Assembly (NCBI GenBank): GCA_963743945.1 | Contig: CAVURO010000010.1 | Span: 418,156 to 482,155, forward strand | Length of the DNA stretch: 64,000 nucleotides | Direction of reading: 5' to 3' | From: an uncultured Actinomycetes bacterium | GTDB taxonomy: Bacteria; Actinomycetota; Acidimicrobiia; Acidimicrobiales; CADCSY01 | Part shown: positions 55,596 to 64,000 of the stretch, in pieces | Layout: each line of letters starts with the position of its first letter | Numbering within the stretch: the stretch's first letter is position 1 | Program-made: the position numbers and the translations under genes | The notes under the pieces: model-generated | Told to the model about the DNA's origin: nothing | The model's database searches: none | Seen by the model: the letters and a program-made list of their open reading frames with translations, nothing else

Positions 55596-57040
55596 CCTTC
55601 AGCCGCACATCCGCTTCCCTCCTTCGTCGGTCCCGACCCGCCAAGATCACGATCGGCGCCTTCATCCTGATCGGCGCGTTGGTCGCCGGGCCGGTCGCCG
55701 AGGCATGCGACGTCGCCGTCATCTCCGGGAAGTCGTCGAACACCGATCGACCGATCATCTGGAAGAACCGGGACGACTCCAACAGCTACTTCCAGGGCAT
55801 CCGTTCGTACCCCGCCCGCAACGCCGACATCGGCGCGCACACCTGCCTCGAAGAGGTCGTCTACGTCATCAACAAGCCCATCTGCGGCGGTGGGGCAAAC
55901 GAGTCGGGCTTCGCCGTCCTCAACGCCAGCGTGTATTCCAACACCAATGTCGAGGAGACCCTGAACGTCGACGTCACGCTCATGAAACGGGCTCTGGAGC
56001 GTTGTGCCCTGGTCACCTGCTTCGAGAACCTGATCGAGCACTGGAACGACGCTCCCGACGCAACCGCCGTCATCAGCTCGAACTTCGTTGCGATGGACGC
56101 CAAGGAGGGGGTGATCCTGCTCGAGGCCAACAGCGGGATCGGCACCAAGCCCGCCGTGTTCCGAGTCGATGCGAACGAGGCGGGCACCGCCAATCACACC
56201 AACTTCAACCGATTCGTCGCCAACCCCGGCGTCGAGCGCAAGGAGCGGGGTACGGCGCTGCTCGCGGACCTCGATGCCCGGGACCAACTCACGCCCGATC
56301 AGGTCATGAAGAGCGTCGCCAAGGACGTGTGCGGTGACGTGCCTGCCGTCGACCCCGCCCGCTTTCCGACCAACAAGTGCATCAGCCGCGCCCAGACGAC
56401 GGCGGCGGTCGTCATCGAAGGTGTCACACCTGGGATGGACCCCCGGCTCACCACGATGTGGGTCAACCTCGGCGAGCCCTCGGTGGGCGTCTTCGTGCCG
56501 ACCTTTCCCGCCGCGAGGTCGGTCCCGAGCAAGATGGCCTCGACCAACATGTTCGGGTACGCGGCGTTCAACCTGGCGATCGTCGACAAGGAGTTCTCGC
56601 TCTACGACAACAACGGCGCGGTCAACAGCATCCTGCCCGTCCCGTGGATGGACACGAACATCAACTTGACCAAGTTGACAGCACTGCAGGCGATCACCCA
56701 ACCCATCGAGGACGAGGCGGTGGCTCGGACCAGGACGTTCGTCAACGAACTCGAGGCCCTTCCTTCAGCGGTCAGCGCTGCATCACTCGCCGCCTTCAGC
56801 CAGACCGCCACCGAACGGGCCTATGCACGCTACGTCGACGGCGGCTTGAGTTCGGGCCGCATCGACCTCAAGCTCCTCGCCAAGTGGGCACTCCAGACGC
56901 TGCGCCCTCGCGTCGGCATCATCGAGAACATCCGCCGTGGCATCGAGATCAACCAGCGCTACCTCAAGAGCCAACTCCCGCTTGAAGCTGCCGCGCTCTC
57001 GCAGCTGCTGGCCAAGACCACGACCAAGGCTCAGCCCTAG
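55592..57040 (+). CDS. secreted N-terminal-Cys (Ntn) hydrolase, peptidase C69-like
   Basis: The signal peptide ends AEA|C (Cys39, nt 55706-55708). The mature N-terminus [23 protein letters not shown] resembles the C-[ST]-x-[IV]-x-[VA]-G-K-...-N-[RE]-D start of C69-type Cys-Ntn hydrolases. 482 aa. Confidence 0.6.
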   Translation: MTFSRTSASLLRRSRPAKITIGAFILIGALVAGPVAEACDVAVISGKSSNTDRPIIWKNRDDSNSYFQGIRSYPARNADIGAHTCLEEVVYVINKPICGGGANESGFAVLNASVYSNTNVEETLNVDVTLMKRALERCALVTCFENLIEHWNDAPDATAVISSNFVAMDAKEGVILLEANSGIGTKPAVFRVDANEAGTANHTNFNRFVANPGVERKERGTALLADLDARDQLTPDQVMKSVAKDVCGDVPAVDPARFPTNKCISRAQTTAAVVIEGVTPGMDPRLTTMWVNLGEPSVGVFVPTFPAARSVPSKMASTNMFGYAAFNLAIVDKEFSLYDNNGAVNSILPVPWMDTNINLTKLTALQAITQPIEDEAVARTRTFVNELEALPSAVSAASLAAFSQTATERAYARYVDGGLSSGRIDLKLLAKWALQTLRPRVGIIENIRRGIEINQRYLKSQLPLEAAALSQLLAKTTTKAQP

Positions 57041-58440
57041 ACCACTCCACCCTTGGTCAGCGCCATGACATCGAGGACCCGGTCGAGCTCCTCGCTCGAC
57101 ATCAGACCCCGGTCGAGAACGATCTCGCGAATCGAACGGCCCGTGGTCGTTGATTCCTTGATGACTTTTGCGGCTTCCTCATACCCGATGTAAGGGTTGA
57201 GCGAGGTTCCGATCGACGGCGAGGATTCGGCGTACGCCTTGCAGCGTGCCTCGTTTGCCTTGATGCCGACGATGCACTTGTCCGCGAACGCCACGCTGAC
57301 CGTCGAGAGCAGTCGAATCGACTCCAGCAGGTTTCTGGCCATGACCGGCATCATCACGTTCAGCTCGAGGTTCCCCTGCGAGCCGCCGAAGGCAACGGCA
57401 GCGTCATTGCCGATCACCTGGGCCGCCACCTGGCACACCGCCTCGGGCAACACCGGGTTGACCTTGCCCGGCATGATGGACGACCCGGGCTGGAGATCGG
57501 GCAGGAATATCTCGGCGAGGCCCGTGCGCGGACCACTGGACATCCACCGAAGGTCGTTGGCGATCTTCACGAGCGACACGGCCACCGTGCGAAGCTGTCC
57601 GGAGGTCTCGACGAGCGCATCGCGCGCTCCCTGGGCCTCGAAATGATCGCGTGCCTCGGTGAGCGGCAGGCCGGTCTCGGCCACGAGGGACTTGATGACC
57701 GAACGAGCGAAGCTCTTGGGAGCATTGATGCCCGTACCGACCGCGGTGCCGCCCAAAGGAAGCTCGCCGAGGCGCGGAAGGACTGCCTCGAGGCGCTCGA
57801 TGCCGCGCTCGATCTGCGCGGCGTAACCGCTGAACTCCTGCCCCAGGGTGACCGGCGTCGCGTCCATCAGGTGGGTGCGGCCGGACTTCACGACCTTGGC
57901 AAAGGCTCGGGCACGTGCCCGGAGCGCCTTGGCAAGGTGTTCGAGCGAGGGGATGAGATCCACGATGACAGCCTCGGTGGCTGCCAGATGGATGGCCGAG
58001 GGAAAGACGTCGTTCGACGACTGCGACGCGTTGACATGGTCGTTCGGGTGCACCGGACTGCCGAGGCGCTCGGTGGCCAGAAAGGCGATGACCTCATTCG
58101 CGTTCATGTTCGACGACGTGCCCGAACCGGTCTGGTAGACGTCCACCGGGAACTGGTCGTTCCACGAGCCGGCGGCAACCTCGGCTGCGGCGGAAGCGAT
58201 GGCCTCCGCAATCGCCCGGTCCACCTTGGGCACCTCTTTCAGGCGGGCGTTCACCGGTGCTGCCGCGCCCTTGATGAGGGCGAGAGCACGTATCAGGCGG
58301 GGCTCGATCACCAGACGTGAGATCGGGAAGTTGTCCACCGCACGTTGCGTTTGCGCCCCCCAGCATGCGGACACAGGGACACGGACGTCGCCCATCGAGT
58401 CATGCTCGATGCGGAAGTTGGCCTCAGGGTTGTCGGTCAT
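57037..58440 (-). CDS. fumC: class II fumarate hydratase
   Basis: Start at ATG 58440 ([17 protein letters not shown]). [32 protein letters not shown] and [16 protein letters not shown] are as in actinobacterial FumC. The tracked ORF extends spuriously to 59043. Confidence 0.88.
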   Translation of the reverse strand: MTDNPEANFRIEHDSMGDVRVPVSACWGAQTQRAVDNFPISRLVIEPRLIRALALIKGAAAPVNARLKEVPKVDRAIAEAIASAAAEVAAGSWNDQFPVDVYQTGSGTSSNMNANEVIAFLATERLGSPVHPNDHVNASQSSNDVFPSAIHLAATEAVIVDLIPSLEHLAKALRARARAFAKVVKSGRTHLMDATPVTLGQEFSGYAAQIERGIERLEAVLPRLGELPLGGTAVGTGINAPKSFARSVIKSLVAETGLPLTEARDHFEAQGARDALVETSGQLRTVAVSLVKIANDLRWMSSGPRTGLAEIFLPDLQPGSSIMPGKVNPVLPEAVCQVAAQVIGNDAAVAFGGSQGNLELNVMMPVMARNLLESIRLLSTVSVAFADKCIVGIKANEARCKAYAESSPSIGTSLNPYIGYEEAAKVIKESTTTGRSIREIVLDRGLMSSEELDRVLDVMALTKGGVV

Positions 58441-58678
58441 GAACGGCGACGCTAGCAAGGGACAACCCCACCCCGGAGATCGTCGGGGCCGTGCCTCGCC
58501 GACGTCGGACGCACAACCTCTCGAAGGCGGACAGATCCGTCTACGTTGTGGCGAAGGGCACAATCCGCTCACGGTCTCATCCACGACAGCGTGATGGCGC
58601 CCACGGGGACTCCCCCCGGGTTCGGGACCTCTAGGATGCCGGATTGTCACCGCATGTGAAGGAACAGGACCGAGCGCA

Positions 58679-60406
58679 GTGAAGAAGGGGAGGCAAGGGT
58701 TCGTGGGACGCCTCGGCGCCCGACTGGGCGTACGAAGGACCGCGCCCGAGGACGCGACGAGCGACCTGGACGAGCTCCTGGCGACGAGCCCCGACGCGCT
58801 CATCGTGCACCGGGAGATGACGGGCGAGATCCTCGCCGCAAACAAGGCGGCGATCAACCAGTACGGCTGGACGCTCGAGGAGCTGCGGCAACGGACGCTC
58901 ATGGATCTCGCCGAGGACGTCGATCGCGAGGCGATGACCGAGGCATTTGCGAACCAGCTCGGCAGCCTGGTGCACGTCGGCGAATGGCAGCACCGGCGCA
59001 AGGACGGCACCACCCTGTGGGTCAGCACCACGACCCAACCCATGACGTATCACGATCTCCCCGCCCGCCTGGTCATCGCCCACGACGTGACCCACCGCCA
59101 CACGACTCTGGAGGAGCTGACCCATCAGGGGACCCACGACACCTTGACCGGGCTTCCCAACCGGATGCTGTTCGTCGATCGGCTGAACAACGCTCTCGCA
59201 CGATCCGCCAGGGGGACACGGTCGCTCGCCGTCCTCTTCTGCGATCTCGACCGGTTCAAGATCATCAACGACACCATGGGCCATCGCGCCGGCGACGCAC
59301 TCCTCCAGGCGGTTGCCCGCCGGCTTCGTGAAGCCGTCCGCCAGGGTGACACGGTCTCTCGTTTCGGCGGCGACGAGTTCGTGATCCTTGCCGAGGACCT
59401 CGGCAACGACGTTGACGCCATCGCGGTGGCGGAGCAGCTGACCACATCGCTCTCGACCCCCCTCCTGCTCGAGGGCCAGGAGATCGTCATCACCGCGAGC
59501 ATCGGCATCGCCGTCGGCAACGCCTCCACGCACAACGCCGAAGCGCTGCTGCGTGACGCCGACACCGCCCTCTACCGCGCCAAGGATGCCGGGCGCGCCC
59601 GCCATGAGCTTTTCGATGCCGACCTCCGGCGACAGGCACGCGAGCGGGTCAACACGGAGTCCGCGCTGCGGCGCGCCCTCGATGCCGACGAGCTCCTGGT
59701 GCACTACCAGCCGATCGTCTCCCTCGACACCGGCCTGGTCTCGGGCGTGGAGGTGCTCCTGCGCTGGGCGACCCCCACGGGCGAGTTGCTCAGACCTGCC
59801 GACTTCCTGTCGGTGGCCGAGGAGTCGGGGCTGATCGTTCCCATCGGCCTCGCCATGCTCGACAAGGCCTGTGCCCGTGCCGCAACGTGGCACCGGCAGA
59901 TCGGCGAGCCACCAACGCTGTGGGTGAACCTCTCCGCTCGCCAGCTCACCACGCCGGGCCTCGTGGCGGCAGTGGCGGAGACGATCGAGTCGTGGTTGCC
60001 CTCCCCTCGGGCAATCGGGTTCGAGATCACCGAATGCAGTCTCGACCCGTCCGACAGCCTCATCGAGGGCGTCGTCGGTGAGCTCGCCGAGATGGGGGTG
60101 CGCATCGCGATCGACGATTTCGGGACAGGCTACGCCTCGTTGTCCTACCTTTGGCGCTTCCCCGCAGACGTCATCAAGATCGATCAATCGTTTGTCGCCC
60201 GGCTGGGTGAGGATCGCGAGGCCACGGTCATCGTCTCGGCCATGACCCAACTCGCACGCTCACTCGGCAAGCAGGTGATCGCCGAGGGAGTCGAGACCGA
60301 TAATCAGCTCGCCCGCCTGCGTCGAATCGGCTGCGATGCGGCACAGGGCCACCTCTTCGCGGCGCCTGCCTCCGCGGAGATCATCGAGCGGCTGATCGTC
60401 GTCTGA
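58679..60406 (+). CDS. PAS-GGDEF-EAL signalling protein
   Basis: PAS region ([29 protein letters not shown]), intact RFGGDEF and an EAL domain ([16 protein letters not shown]). GTG start. Confidence 0.88.
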   Translation: MKKGRQGFVGRLGARLGVRRTAPEDATSDLDELLATSPDALIVHREMTGEILAANKAAINQYGWTLEELRQRTLMDLAEDVDREAMTEAFANQLGSLVHVGEWQHRRKDGTTLWVSTTTQPMTYHDLPARLVIAHDVTHRHTTLEELTHQGTHDTLTGLPNRMLFVDRLNNALARSARGTRSLAVLFCDLDRFKIINDTMGHRAGDALLQAVARRLREAVRQGDTVSRFGGDEFVILAEDLGNDVDAIAVAEQLTTSLSTPLLLEGQEIVITASIGIAVGNASTHNAEALLRDADTALYRAKDAGRARHELFDADLRRQARERVNTESALRRALDADELLVHYQPIVSLDTGLVSGVEVLLRWATPTGELLRPADFLSVAEESGLIVPIGLAMLDKACARAATWHRQIGEPPTLWVNLSARQLTTPGLVAAVAETIESWLPSPRAIGFEITECSLDPSDSLIEGVVGELAEMGVRIAIDDFGTGYASLSYLWRFPADVIKIDQSFVARLGEDREATVIVSAMTQLARSLGKQVIAEGVETDNQLARLRRIGCDAAQGHLFAAPASAEIIERLIVV

Positions 60407-60449
60407 ATTCCCGTCCGTCTGCATTCCCGCCCGTCTGAACCCGCATCTG
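60406..60449. repeat. 16-bp tandem repeat starting at the stop codon of the PAS-GGDEF-EAL gene
   Basis: attcccgtccgtctgc (60406-60421) and attcccgcccgtctga (60422-60437), then acccgcatctga. The gene itself ends ...cgtcgtcTGA (60404-60406), so the cgtctga element recurs 3-4 times. Confidence 0.8.
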
Positions 60450-60484
60450 AGCCCGTCCATGCCGAATCCCGAGGAGGATCAATC

Positions 60485-61357
60485 ATGAAGTTCGGAGTCA
60501 TGTTCTCCAATGTCGCCGCATTTGCCGAACCCGAGGGAGCCCGAGCGCTCGCGACGACGGCCGAGGAGGTGGGCTTCGAATCGATGTGGACCGTCGAGCA
60601 TGCCGTGGTTCCGAAAGGCTATGAATCGGCCTACCCCTATTCGGCATCGGGCAAGATGCCCGGAGGCGAGTTCATCGCCCTCCCCGACCCGTTCGTGTGG
60701 CTCTCCTACGTGGCTGCGCTCACCAGCACCATCAAACTGGGCACCGGCATCGCCATTCTCCCGCAGCGAAATCCCGTCATCGCGGCCAAGGAGGTCGCCT
60801 CCCTGGACCGACTTTCGAACGGACGGGTCCTGCTCGGCGTGGGCGCAGGCTGGTTGGCCGAGGAGTTCGCCGCACTCGGCGTTCCGTTCGAGCGACGTGG
60901 CGATCGCCTCGACGAGTACATCAAGGCGCTGCGGGTCCTCTGGAGCGACGAGTCCCCCACCTTCTCGGGTGAGTTCGTCTCGTTCACCGACTGCGTGTGC
61001 CTCCCCCAACCCACGGCGGGCAGCGTCCCCATCGTCATCGGAGGTCACACGCCTCGAGCTGCTCGCCGGGCAGGTGAGCTCGGCGACGGCTTCTTCCCGG
61101 GGTCCGCCAAACCCGATGAGTTGGCGACCCTGCTCGACATCATGCGCAGGTCCGCCAAGGGCGCCGGGCGAGACCCGGACGCCATCGAGATCACCGTGGG
61201 GGGAGGCTTCACGGTGGAACAGGCCAGGACCCTCGCCGATCTGGGAGTCGACCGTGCACTCATCGCTCCCATGGCCTTCGACGCCGAGGGAATCCGGCGT
61301 CAGCTCACCACCTTTGCCGAGGAGGTCATCGGCGTGGTCAACACGCCGTCAGCGTGA
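60485..61357 (+). CDS. LLM-class (luciferase-like) F420-dependent oxidoreductase
   Basis: MKFGVMF..., GFESMWTVEH, LGTGIAILPQRNP, GRVLLGVGAGW and VPIVIGGHT. RBS GAGGAGGA upstream. Confidence 0.85.
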   Translation: MKFGVMFSNVAAFAEPEGARALATTAEEVGFESMWTVEHAVVPKGYESAYPYSASGKMPGGEFIALPDPFVWLSYVAALTSTIKLGTGIAILPQRNPVIAAKEVASLDRLSNGRVLLGVGAGWLAEEFAALGVPFERRGDRLDEYIKALRVLWSDESPTFSGEFVSFTDCVCLPQPTAGSVPIVIGGHTPRAARRAGELGDGFFPGSAKPDELATLLDIMRRSAKGAGRDPDAIEITVGGGFTVEQARTLADLGVDRALIAPMAFDAEGIRRQLTTFAEEVIGVVNTPSA

Positions 61358-62606
61358 CGGAGTCCTCGCCTTCGTCGACCTGTGAGTCATCGTTGAGCGT
61401 GGACCACTTCTCGATCGCGGCGACCAGCTCACGCAGATCCTCCTCGGTGTCCATGGCGAAGGTGGCACGCAGGCAGGTGGTCGACCCCTCCCTCCACGCC
61501 ACATACCAGTCGCCACCCCACCCCTCGGTGGCTCGCCGCACGTCGCCGGCATCATCGAGAACCTTCCCCAACATCAACTGCAGGATGAGCTCCCCGATCG
61601 AACCTTGATCGATCAGTGCTCCGTCGGCGGGCGGCGGATCAACCGTGATGGGACCCTCGCCCCTGATGTAGAGGTCGGGGTGGAGCAGCTGCTCGCTCGT
61701 GGTCGGCGGTCTCGCGAAAGCGTCGACGAGCGCAGGCATCCCGCCATGACGTTCGATCGTGGAAATCAGATCCTCGCCGACCTCGTAGGGAAAGCCGACC
61801 AGGGCGGGAATCACCTCAGGGATGGACACCGCGGGCAGATCGTCGCCGAACTGGCCCTCCTCCCTTGATGCCCGACTTCGCTCCGAAGGCGTGAGCGAAC
61901 GGCGATAGGCCGACTCGACCGTCAGCGCGCTGCCCTCGACCAGGGCGGAGAACCCCAGTCCGGTCTCGTCGTCGGCCTCCGTCATCTCCTCACGATCGAG
62001 GTCGAAGAGTTGATCGTCGAGCGCATGGGTCAGCTCGTGGACCAGCGTGAGCCGAACGAATGGGCCGGTCTCATCTCCCCGGACAACCAGCTCGTCGGTC
62101 TTGGGATCGTAGAAGCCCAGGACGGCCGCGCTCAGAAAGCGGTTGAGCGCATCGAACAGGCCACCGGTGGGTTCGAGAAGACCAAGGAGCCCAAGGAGCT
62201 CCTCCGTCTTCTCGACGTCCTCCCGATCCTCTTCGGCATCCTCCAGAAGGCGCTTCTCGAAGGCCGCGCCATCGAGCAGCGCGACCTTGACGGGGTGCCG
62301 GAACCGCTCGGAGCGCTGCCCCTCGATGAAGGTCGACAGCTCGGCGACAACCTCACGAAGCGATCGAACCTCCCCATCGGCCTTCGAGGTGTCGTCGGTC
62401 CCCGAAAGCAGCAGCGACGAGAGCATGCCCCCCACGAGCCCGACCGCGACGACCGCGCCGACCACCCGCACCCAGGGCGCCGACCCTCGCTTCCCCGAAT
62501 GGCGCCCGCCGTGATGACCTGCGCCCCCCTCGACGTTGTCGAGATCGGCGTCGGGCCGATGAGGATCAGCCCGAGGCGCGGGCTGATCCGGGGGCACCCA
62601 ACTCAT
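61338..62606 (-). CDS. membrane-anchored putative zinc metalloprotease (HExxH)
   Basis: Start at ATG 62606 (MSWVPPDQ). One TM helix (VRVVGAVVAVGLVGGMLSSLLL). LVHELTHALDDQ motif. Family not recognised. Confidence 0.6.
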   Translation of the reverse strand: MSWVPPDQPAPRADPHRPDADLDNVEGGAGHHGGRHSGKRGSAPWVRVVGAVVAVGLVGGMLSSLLLSGTDDTSKADGEVRSLREVVAELSTFIEGQRSERFRHPVKVALLDGAAFEKRLLEDAEEDREDVEKTEELLGLLGLLEPTGGLFDALNRFLSAAVLGFYDPKTDELVVRGDETGPFVRLTLVHELTHALDDQLFDLDREEMTEADDETGLGFSALVEGSALTVESAYRRSLTPSERSRASREEGQFGDDLPAVSIPEVIPALVGFPYEVGEDLISTIERHGGMPALVDAFARPPTTSEQLLHPDLYIRGEGPITVDPPPADGALIDQGSIGELILQLMLGKVLDDAGDVRRATEGWGGDWYVAWREGSTTCLRATFAMDTEEDLRELVAAIEKWSTLNDDSQVDEGEDSVTLTAC

Positions 62607-62613
62607 CGGGAAC

Positions 62614-63678
62614 TCAGGTCCGGGGTGGCGCAGTAACCACCACGGGGTCGAACGTGATGGTCGGTGGCACACTCGGCGCCGTTTCCTGGGGAGCGGCCGG
62701 CGCGACCGTGGTCACGGTGGTCACCGGGACGGTTGTCGTGGTGGATTCCGCCGGAGCCGTCACCTCGGGCGCCGTCACCTCGGGTGACGGCGCCGGCGTC
62801 TCGGGCGGGGGCTCAACGGTGATGTACTCGGTCGGACCGCCACCACCTCCGGGCGACTCGCCGACCACATGGACCGGGTCGCCCTTGGCGACCAGGCTCG
62901 GGAAGTACTCAGCGATGTGCATGGGAATGCGAACGCAACCGTGTGAGGCAGGGTGAGTCGGGACCGAGGTCGAACCGTGCACGGCGATGCCGCCGGAGGT
63001 GAAGTACACCGGGTTGTAGAGCTTGCCCAGGCGGGACTCGCGCCATCCCGAATAGCGCCACATGAATCGGAAATCGCCGGTCGGTGTGGTGGCGGTCTGA
63101 CACGACCCGTTGACGCAGTACCTCCGGCCGGACCCGGTCGATATCGTCGAGATGAGTCGAACCTTGTTGTCCTTGTAGAGGATCAGCACTTGGCGGGCCA
63201 GGTCGATCTCCAGGCGGTTGCCCGCTCCATCGGGCACCAGAGCCGGCACCGTGATGCCGGCGCTCAACGCCGCGAGGACCTCGGCATTGACCACTCCACT
63301 CGGCTCGAGGCCCTGGAACTTCTGAAACCCCTCCACGGCGTAACGCGTGGCGAGGCCGAACGATCCGTCGACCCTCCCCGGGTCGAAACCCAACTCGACG
63401 AGACGCTGCTGCACAGCCAACACGTCGTCACCCTTCGCTCCCTGGGCGAGATCGGCGGCGGCGGTCATGGGCGGCGGCGCGGGAGCCGTGGTGGTCGTCG
63501 TCGTCGTGGTCTCAGGTGGTGCCGTCGTCGTCGAGGCAATGGATTTGCCGCTCACCGCGCCGGCGTCTGCGTGATCCTCATGGTCGACACCGGTGACCCC
63601 GTATGCGCCGGCGGCTGTCATGACCAGCATGAGCGTGGCACCGACCGACCCCCACCGCATCCCGGTCATGACCGCCAT
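62614..63678 (-). CDS. L,D-transpeptidase with peptidoglycan-binding domain
   Basis: PG_binding_1 pattern (GDDVLAVQQRLVELGFDPGRVDGSFG) and YkuD catalytic SHGCVRIP. Pro/Thr-rich linkers. Start uncertain (ATG 63678, 63669 or 63660). The tracked ORF to 63876 would run into the tRNA. Confidence 0.85.
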   Translation of the reverse strand: MAVMTGMRWGSVGATLMLVMTAAGAYGVTGVDHEDHADAGAVSGKSIASTTTAPPETTTTTTTTAPAPPPMTAAADLAQGAKGDDVLAVQQRLVELGFDPGRVDGSFGLATRYAVEGFQKFQGLEPSGVVNAEVLAALSAGITVPALVPDGAGNRLEIDLARQVLILYKDNKVRLISTISTGSGRRYCVNGSCQTATTPTGDFRFMWRYSGWRESRLGKLYNPVYFTSGGIAVHGSTSVPTHPASHGCVRIPMHIAEYFPSLVAKGDPVHVVGESPGGGGGPTEYITVEPPPETPAPSPEVTAPEVTAPAESTTTTVPVTTVTTVAPAAPQETAPSVPPTITFDPVVVTAPPRT

Positions 63679-63809
63679 GACGCCCGCCTGCGCTCCCCGC
63701 TCCCCACTTGACCCAGTCGCAGCATGGATCTCAATCTTGCACACATCGGACCCAGAGGGACGCATACGCAGCCGTTGGGGACCGCCGGCACCTTGGGCGA
63801 TGGATTCGG

Positions 63810-63890
63810 TGCCGGCGGCGGGATTCGAACCCACATGCCCGAGGGCAGTCCGTTTTAAGCGGACCGTGTCTGCCATTCCACCACGCCGGC
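63810..63890 (-). tRNA. tRNA-Leu (anticodon UAA)
   Basis: Minus-strand sequence GCCGGCG-TG-GTG-GAATGGCAGA-CAC-G-GTCCG-CTTAAAA-CGGAC-TGCCCTCGGGCATGT-GTGGG-TTCGAAT-CCCGC-CGCCGGC-A. It folds as a cloverleaf with a long variable arm. CCA is not encoded. Confidence 0.9.
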
Positions 63891-63966
63891 TTTGGACGAT
63901 GGGCCTGTGTGTCCAACCCTACGCCCTGGGACACTCCCCAGACCCGTGATCAGCCGTGCGCTCGAT

Positions 63967-64000
63967 CAGCCGTCGAAATCGACGGTTGCGCCCTCGTCCA
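63967..64000 (-). CDS. 3' end of an unidentified gene (11 codons visible)
   Basis: The minus-strand frame reads ...DEGATVDFDG-stop (TGA at 63967-63969). Too short to classify. Confidence 0.3.

Noticed and set aside
57037-58440. Calling this gene aspartate ammonia-lyase because of KVNPVLPEA
   Set aside because: [23 protein letters not shown] and SQSSNDVFP are fumarase-type. To my recollection, actinobacterial class II fumarases also have KVNPVLPEA. The fumC call is kept, with the residual ambiguity noted.
58441-59043. Extension of the fumC ORF to 668 aa. Similar extensions occur for mutY (to 37888), GT2 (to 8704) and sufS (from 15019)
   Set aside because: The family-typical N-termini begin at the internal starts chosen. 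The extensions overlap adjacent genes and have no protein-like composition.
63970-63985. Hairpin ccgtcg-aaat-cgacgg near the window end, as a possible terminator
   Set aside because: It lies inside the last codons of the partial minus-strand ORF (stop at 63967-63969) and has no U tract.

Overview
High-GC, actinobacterial-type chromosomal segment (possibly Acidimicrobiia-like, a guess only) with about 60 protein genes and one tRNA. All family calls come from reading motifs in the translations, with no database search.

The backbone is housekeeping and metabolic:
- thiE (5' partial), four acyl-CoA dehydrogenases and pepF.
- A SUF Fe-S system split into two oppositely oriented halves, each with its own sufC paralog.
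- ptrB-like peptidase, an FtsH-like protease, an orphan pilT, mutY and fumC.
- Two GGDEF-EAL proteins, an L,D-transpeptidase and tRNA-Leu(UAA).

Three accessory patches interrupt this backbone.
1. 10.1-13.9 kb is a decaying island bounded by ~95-bp direct repeats that duplicate the 5' end of pepF. It carries vapBC, a sufS-like fragment, a frameshifted AbiEi-like gene, a truncated AbiEii-like gene and a methyltransferase.
2. 17.2-18.4 kb is an HTH plus DUF6036-type nucleotidyltransferase pair. A perfect 24-bp palindrome lies over the HTH start codon.
3. 49.3-57.0 kb holds a multiply frameshifted hsdM relic and hipBA, which is preceded by three 16-bp palindromes phased exactly 60 bp apart. It also holds a translationally coupled four-gene operon: a GNAT-like protein, a PaaK/F390-synthetase-like adenylating enzyme, an MprF-flippase-like membrane protein and a secreted Cys-Ntn hydrolase.

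The four-gene operon is my best candidate for an undescribed system. I read it as an envelope or lipid acylation write/erase module.

Other recurring oddities:
- 14-16-bp tandem repeats carry copies of a gene's own stop codon at three gene ends.
- A shared 30-bp AT-rich quasi-palindrome lies upstream of both suf half-operons.

No CRISPR array, rRNA, transposase or integrase was recognised.
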